Origin: a virus
Lineage: Duplodnaviria; Caudoviricetes
Strand: one strand, 5' to 3'
DNA length: 64,000 bases
IMG/VR virus record: IMGVR_UViG_3300047576_000028
Location: 33,002 to 97,001 of that record
In this document: in pieces, positions 57,732-64,000 of the stretch
How the letters are laid out: every line of letters starts with the position of its first letter
Numbering within the stretch: the stretch's first letter is position 1
Notes under the pieces: model-generated
What the model was told of the DNA's origin: nothing
Databases searched by the model: none
The model's input: only the letters and a program-made list of their open reading frames with translations
Position numbers and translations under genes: made by a program

Positions 57732-60359
57732 GGAGCATCCTATTCGGCCTTAACTAAAAACGGAGTCAATAAAGCCCGTTCCGTAGTCCATCCAAGCATA
57801 GATCCGCACTTACAATGCAGCATTTGAGGTTCACTAGGCGGAGTCTTACGTAGAACTTTCATGACTGTATCCCCCACACTGCTTCAATGGCTTGCGCTGC
57901 TTGCGTAAGCGTAGCGAACACTCCTAGAAAGCCGGTGCCGAACTCTGTTCGCGGAAAGCGGCCATCGTATGCGCGGTACTGATGTGGATCTTGACGTGGC
58001 TCGGGCTTCACGAATCCCCAGTGCCCTTTGTAATAAGCTTCGTATTCGCCTTCGTTAAGAAACCAGTGCAGTGTCATGTGATTAGCCTATTATAGGTGAG
58101 ACGCTTACCTACGCACCCGGCAACGAAGCTATTGAGCCGCGCCGTGGTGTGGTTGCGGACGTTACCCTCGTTCAGTCGGAAGGTGAACTCATCGACGTAG
58201 CGATGCAGGTGCTTTTTGCTACCGCTCTCGGGTACTTCGCATACAACTTCATCAAGATTCATTCGACTCTCCGCACGACTCCTGCGATGGCCGCTGGAGT
58301 GACTGATCGCCTCTGGGAGGTATCGGATTTAGTTGCCGCGTGGGAAGCGGACGAACGGCGCGAAGAGATAGCCGCATAAAGCGCCGAACCTAGACTAATC
58401 AGACGAACGATGACAATCGATCCCAGCGCCAGAAATAAGAAGCAAGATCGTTTCCATCGGCTCTTCGGTTGGGATTCACCTAAGGCCGTCGCAATCGTCC
58501 ACCTTGTTTTTGAGTGGCTAGAAACAGTATCGCTGGCGTTGGCTATTGGTCTGGTTACCCAGCAGACATTCGCGGGTAGGGACTGGTACTCAATGCCGGA
58601 TTTGCAAAACGTGGTTGCAGGCTGCGCTCTGGCAGATTGGCTCAACGCTAACAGCATCGCCACGGCCATTAGCGCAATACACAACCGGCCAGCAGATAGC
58701 GTAGTGGTGGTTAATGTAGGCCCAAAACCAACAACGCTAGGAATGTTGAATGAGTTGAGATCACAGGGAAACTGGAACTTCTGGCGTAGCCAAGAGCGCG
58801 CTCCGTTATATAGACCGATAGCGGCAGAAGATGTTAAATCACTCCGTCTCTTGCTGGAAAAGATCGGTGGAGGAGACACAGCCTTCTTGCAATTTATGGG
58901 CGTGGCGCGTGTCGAGGATATCCTGCAATACGATTTCCCAAAAGCCGTGAATGCCCTGAGGGGTAAACTGCGCGGGATGGGGCAATAACGCCAAAGTAGC
59001 CCACTACCGGAGTTTTCATCGCACCACATGGCCGCTATGCGAATGGCTTCCTCTCGCCGTATTTTGGCATGTTCAAATACGCCGTGCCTGCGTAGTGTTT
59101 CTACCTCGTCTGGTTCGATGCTAGACGGAAGCAGGGAACCGTCTTTCGAGATATAGAGCACGCTGTCGTAACTCTCATCTTTGATAGCGCCGCGCATCTC
59201 CACGATGTCATCCGATGCGCCAAAGATAACCAGAAGACCGTTAGTCTTAGCGGCTAGTTCCTCGGTAGCTAGAAGTTCCTCGCCGTATTCACGTCCGTTC
59301 AGAGTAGAAGCTAAAGATTCTTTCGTCATTGATTCGCGACCTGTCGCGGCACCGAATTTATGATCCATTCCGACTTCTCGGTAATGGTCTTCCATGGCGC
59401 TGTGTTCTCGCTGCGCATCTTCCCATTCGACCTCCACCCCTTTGCCCGCTGGTCCGCTTCATTCACGGGATTGTCCGCGTGCCAACCTCTGCCTCTAAGT
59501 TGCGCTCTACCTTTATGTCGTCCATAAAGATATGTTCGCTTGGCTTCGGAGTTTGTGAGCCTTCGCCAATACCTGAGAAAATACCATATGGGCTGCACAT
59601 TAGCGCTGCCGAAGCCTCCGTTTGGAATCGGATAGCTTTATGAGGATCGTCCGTCCAAATCGGATTATCGTAATCAAACCCCGCAAGCCAGCGCGGAAAC
59701 TGATGACGTTCTGCAAACCAGCAAATTGCGTCGTTCATGGCTGCCTCTTTCTTGCCAATACTAAATCGTTTGGATCGCCGTCCAGAATGCCTATTATGTG
59801 GCTTATACTTCCGTCCCGCGCTCGGCACTCATCACCGCCATCAATCATATCAAGCAGTTCAGCCGTTGCCAGATAGACGCGCTCTTCGCAAGCCTTCTTA
59901 AGTTTGGCGCAGCTTTCAAATCTATCCCTTAAAACAGCAACGGCCATCGTGCTAGGGCATTCATTGCGTAGCTTCTGCCAGCCTTCTTCGCCCTCTGCAA
60001 TATGCTCGCATGCTTTGACACGGAGCATTTCAGCATCGCATTTTGTACAACTGATCGCCATATCCTCTCTCCCGCCACACTTGCCGCCTCTGCGACCATC
60101 CCGGCGTCATCGTTTCGGACAACGACTTGCCAGTCCGCAAGTCTTCGCGCTCTTGCGCCGCTATTACAAGCTCTTGCCAGCGGTAGAAATCACGTGCAGC
60201 CGCTTGCAGAAATCCGCGTGACATTGAACAGCAGCCATCGGTCATTCGATACGCGCCGCTATTGCCAGTAGTGTCAACTACTGGGATGGGTTCCGGGGAA
60301 TTCGAGTACTCCTGCCGCGTGGCCGCGCACTGATGGCAGCGGATGTCTGTTTCGTTCAT

Positions 60360-60391
60360 AAGGGCCTTTCGCGCGGCGTGCGGTAGTTTAC
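60360..60391 (+). mobile_element. Family-B miniature remnant (32 bp, left and right ends fused)
   Basis: TCAT, then aagggcctttcgcgcg, then gcgtgcggtagtTTAC. Confidence 0.7.
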
Positions 60392-60727
60392 TGACCGCTC
60401 CGATTAGTAAGTTCCCTTAGCCTTTGGATGCAGCACGTTGTCGCCTCCGCTTCTCGGCCGTTTGGCCGCTTTTTCCTTCTTCGATGAATCGCTCCGGATT
60501 CCTCGCCCGGTAAAGACGTGCGCGATGGTTGAGTTTGTCTACCATCGCCTGATTGCACTTGACGATCACGGCTTCCGCATCGCGTAGCAGCTTGCGCGAC
60601 ACGCGGTACTCCGTCCATTTGCGTGCCATGGCGGGCGTTTGAAAGCAGAATATGTACCCTAATATTATCCCGCCGACGAATCCAAGCGCTACGCCGACCA
60701 GGACCAGTGCGGCAGCGGACGCGCCGG

Positions 60728-60892
60728 TCATCGGCGCGCCTTTTCCGCATCTCGCAACCACGGCTTAATCGCGTCCAACACAATCGCGTTGGCTGTAGTC
60801 CCCTGCTGCGCCGCCAGAATCTTCACGCGCCGCCAGGTGCTCTCTGGGCATTTCAGCCTAATCACGATGTTGCCTTCAGCAGCGGTAGCCAT
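60728..60892 (-). CDS. Ribbon-helix-helix regulator
   Basis: Manual translation MATAAEGNIVIRLKCPESTWRRVKILAAQQGTTANAIVLDAIKPWLRDAEKARR; upstream promoter with a GTACACC..GGTGTAC palindrome. Confidence 0.65.
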   Translation of the reverse strand: MATAAEGNIVIRLKCPESTWRRVKILAAQQGTTANAIVLDAIKPWLRDAEKARR

Positions 60893-60971
60893 TGCAAGTA
60901 CTGTACACCATGTATGCGGTGTACGTCAAGAACTTTATTTCACGCCGAATCAATGATTTGCAGCCAGAAAT

Positions 60972-61000
60972 AAAAAAGCCCCGGCGTTTCTGCCGGGGCC
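60972..61000 (-). terminator. Rho-independent terminator
   Basis: gccccggc-gtttct-gccggggc stem with an A6 run on the left side (U-tail on the minus strand). Confidence 0.7.
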
Positions 61001-61121
61001 GTCGCTTGCACTTCAGCGGGCTGCCGTAAAACGCAGAAAAGGCCCCGCTACCGTCCCAAGCTTGTCAAGGGCAAAGACGGCGGCGGGGCCTTATCTCAGA
61101 GATTCAAAGGGATTCGGCTAA

Positions 61122-61919
61122 GTAAGCAACTCCACGGCTAAAGCCGGGGGCTTTTAGATTCCACATGCGAAATATCAAAACATTTCGCTGCGGTTCGAGT
61201 CGGCTTACTCCGGCCATGCCGGACGACTCCGCCTGCTGCAATGTTCATGGCGGCTTGAATATCCGCATGAGCAGTGCCACAGGTTGTACACGAGAACACG
61301 TCGCCCCTGCGCTTGCCGAGCGCGCCGCATTGGGCGCACGTCTGACTAGTATATGCAGGGTCTACGTACTCGATCTTGATTCCGCAACGCGCAGCTTTAT
61401 AGGCAACGAAGGCTTGCAGTTGCCCAAACGACCAGCCGGACATCATCCGGTTGGTGTGCCTGTTGCGGATCTTGCACCGCTGCCGAATATCTTTGAGCCG
61501 TTCCATCCGAATAATCCCGGATTGCGTGTCTTTGGCTTCGGCAACGATGGCCTTGCTGAGATTGTGGTTCGACCACGTAATATGGCGGCGCTCCCGCCCA
61601 GAGAGTCTGCGCAGTACCTTGCGGGCACAGCGGTTGTTTCTGGACTGGAGGGATGCGCGAACTTTGTTGCGCCCGTTCTTAAACTTCTGCCTGCTGGACC
61701 CGCTATACAGCGTGCCGTGAGAGGTCGCGGCAGTATTTCGGATGCCGAGGTCAACGCCCATGGGCGGTCCATCGGCAGGCGGGGGGTCTTTGTCTTCGAC
61801 AACGATGTTGATCTGCCAAGCGCTTCCGGCCCGGACCACAACGGCAGCAGTAGGCTTCTTCCCCGTCAATGCATCTCTCTGATAATCACCCAAGATCAGC
61901 GGGACATGAATGCGTCCGC
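61122..61919 (-). pseudogene. tnpB: 5'-truncated inverted copy of family-A tnpB with its right end
   Basis: Reverse complement of 48785-49582 (798 bp, a few SNPs); N-terminal ~118 codons missing. Confidence 0.9.
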
Positions 61920-62302
61920 AACCCGGAAGGCGCGCGCTGATGCGCGCTGAGAAGTACAGCAGCGCGCGCCGTGGTGGACCACATTTGACGCTGGGAGTAG
62001 GCGTCTAGGCACAATTCCATTGTGCCACGGTTTTCCCGCCTTGTCTACCCAAAACATATTACCACTAAACAACTGAAACGATGTACCTTGGTCAAGAGGC
62101 ACAGAAACCGGATTGGCTACTCAAAGATCTGCAAGAGAATAGCGCACACTTTCAAGTAACGCCCGCACACGTCACACCCGCACCACCAGCCAGTAGTCGC
62201 GGCGTGATCCATTAGAAATTGGAATTGCTCCCATAGCACGTCCGCCTGTTGCGCCTTTTCTGGGATTCGCGGTAGCTCTATCGGCGCTGGTGCCATCGAC
62301 CG

Positions 62303-62713
62303 TTACCCCAACGTAGATCCAATTCTCACCGACAGTTCGGACGTAGGTCGCGCGAACTTCTCGAAGATTCGATTCCAGCGCTCGTTTTGTTCGGCGGCTC
62401 TTTGTCCCGGCAGTTTGGGTATTATCCCCGGCTTTGCTTTCGGCGCTGCCAGAGTAGGAGGTGGCGGCTTTGAGACATGCTTCCGCACTTCCCGAATCTC
62501 AATTTCGCCGCGTTCGAACAAAACGGCCAAACGCACCGCCATATTGCCGCTCTGCGTCATGCGTGAGTAGACCTGGTTCGACAACGTAACCCTAACTGAC
62601 CCTTCGGCAATTCCAAGAATAGCCCCCACCTCGCGAGAGGTTTTCCCTTGAGCGGTCAGGCGTATAATGGCGTATTGACGCGGCGTAACTGACAGCATTC
62701 GAGCGCCGGTCAA
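62303..62713 (-). CDS. LuxR-type HTH protein
   Basis: VTPRQYAIIRLTAQGKTSREVGAILGIAEGSVRVTL. Confidence 0.75.
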   Translation of the reverse strand: MTGARMLSVTPRQYAIIRLTAQGKTSREVGAILGIAEGSVRVTLSNQVYSRMTQSGNMAVRLAVLFERGEIEIREVRKHVSKPPPPTLAAPKAKPGIIPKLPGQRAAEQNERWNRIFEKFARPTSELSVRIGSTLG

Positions 62714-63040
62714 TCGGTCGGCTTATCCAAATTGCGGATCTCTTCCGCTATCGTGCTGCCGAGCGAGATCCAATGATTGTCCGCAATGGCGGCGCACTCT
62801 ACGCGCGCCTTCACGATTGCCTCTCTAACCAATTGCCGCGCCGCAAGCCGGTGCTCGGGATCGGTAAAGGCCATGTGTTGATGGACAGCTTCCTCCATCA
62901 ACTCCTCAACCTTTCGGCGCGTTCGCGGATCGTCGCCTTTTCGGAACGGCCATGATGTAGCGTTTGGTGTGGGCATATGTGTAATTCTCCTGTGATTCCA
63001 AAGTCATTTCTTCTTGGTTACCCGTAGATCCAATTCTCAC

Positions 63041-63205
63041 CAAGTTTTCTCCGAGAAGCCCCTGACTCCAGTCATGGGGAGGACGGGGGAATCGGCGCGG
63101 TCGTCCGGCATGGCCGGAGTAAGCCGACTCGAACCGCAGCGAAATGTTTTGATCTTTCGCATGTGGAATCTAAAAGCCCCCGGCTTTAGCCGTGGAGTTG
63201 CTTAC
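63041..63205 (+). mobile_element. Family-A miniature element (165 bp)
   Basis: TCAC at 63037-63040; ends TTAC at 63202-63205. Confidence 0.9.
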
Positions 63206-63510
63206 TTCTTCTTGCGCTCCAAGCCATCCTCTTCCGCCTGTCGAACCTTCAATTCGGTTGAAGTAATGATCTGCTGTGTTCTCACATCATCCACGCGCAC
63301 TTCCAATAGTTTGATTTCGGTGCGAACTTCAGTCAGCGTGACGGCGTATTGATCTAGTTTGGTACTCATCGCGCCCCACGCAATAGCGCCCGCAATGACG
63401 AGAGCAACGATAGTAATGATGTGGCCTATATCGATCTTCCACTCTATTGTAGGCATTTCCATTTCTCCAACTGTTCCGCTCCGGGGCGCGCCTATCGCTT
63501 GAACAGCCAT
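63202..63510 (-). CDS. Single-TM coiled-coil protein (possible lysis-module protein); stop supplied by the element
   Basis: IDIGHIITIVALVIAGAIAW followed by a coiled coil. Confidence 0.55.
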   Translation of the reverse strand: MAVQAIGAPRSGTVGEMEMPTIEWKIDIGHIITIVALVIAGAIAWGAMSTKLDQYAVTLTEVRTEIKLLEVRVDDVRTQQIITSTELKVRQAEEDGLERKKK

Positions 63511-63965
63511 TGACCGATAAAGGACACCAGCATAGCTACGGCGGCCGCAACAATCGCCTGCCGCCCCTGTTGGTTGGCCCTGTAATCCCTCAATTCCGCG
63601 AGACTACTGTTCATGTCGTTGAATCGTCCGTCGCACCATGTTCGCATTTCCTTCAGCCCGGCCTCCGAAAGATTGCGGGTCTGCGCAACGTTTGCCTCCG
63701 CCACTTCACGCGGCCAATATGTGGCTTGCATGAGGTGCAGCTTTCCCGCCCCTCCATTCAAGAGGTCAAGCCGCCTGCCCACTTCTTTATTGTTGATTTC
63801 TCGTGCGGCGGCGTCCGCCTTGAACTGTAGATCAATCTGCGTTCTCAGTTCCGTCAGGCGAATTTCTAATTTATGGACGGATTGCTCAATTTCGCGGCCT
63901 CCGAGACGAACTTGGATTGCATGGACGGCCTGTTGCAGTTCTCTTAACGTGGCGTCGGTAGGCAT
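63492..63965 (-). CDS. Coiled-coil protein with a C-terminal TM helix
   Basis: 157 aa; AIVAAAVAMLVSFIGQWLF. Confidence 0.55.
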   Translation of the reverse strand: MPTDATLRELQQAVHAIQVRLGGREIEQSVHKLEIRLTELRTQIDLQFKADAAAREINNKEVGRRLDLLNGGAGKLHLMQATYWPREVAEANVAQTRNLSEAGLKEMRTWCDGRFNDMNSSLAELRDYRANQQGRQAIVAAAVAMLVSFIGQWLFKR

Positions 63966-64000
63966 ATTTTCACCAAGTACTCTGCGTTGATACCACTGCT

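Noticed and set aside
62326-62345. Self-target for the family-A TnpB guide (TCAC followed by cgaca)
   Set aside because: Only 5 nt match the guide cgacatactgtgccgc. No convincing self-target was found by eye for any guide, though an exhaustive search was not possible.
1-64000. tRNA, rRNA, integrase, endolysin or tnpA genes
   Set aside because: None recognised in this window; they may lie outside it.

Overview
This window is most of a tailed dsDNA phage or prophage genome with an HK97-type, siphovirus-like morphogenesis module. The host is probably an Acidobacterium-like Gram-negative bacterium; this is inferred from the PEP-CTERM gene and the style of the small accessory genes. Positions 1-23.7 kb (minus strand) carry tail tip, tape measure, tail chaperones, tail tube, head-tail genes, capsid, protease, portal, a split terminase large subunit and the small terminase. 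Unusual insertions in this operon are three glycosyltransferase or methyltransferase genes, a degenerate bacterioferritin, and Cys-rich metal-binding-like domains fused to the prohead protease. Positions 24-64 kb are a highly mosaic accessory, replication and recombination region (ECF sigma, replication initiator, ParB, RusA, AAA ATPase plus PD-(D/E)XK nuclease, many ribbon-helix-helix genes) with many duplicated fragments. Two intact tnpB genes are present without tnpA. About a dozen miniature or remnant copies of their ends are scattered through the genome, each right end followed by a different potential guide sequence. Their target motifs (TCAC, TCAT) and right-end motif (TTAC) let them insert at stop/start junctions without breaking genes. 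Also present are IS1595-like terminal repeats, a thrice-repeated structured 5' leader, and two alleles of a 12-bp tandem-repeat gene. No integrase, endolysin, tRNA, CRISPR array or reverse transcriptase was recognised.
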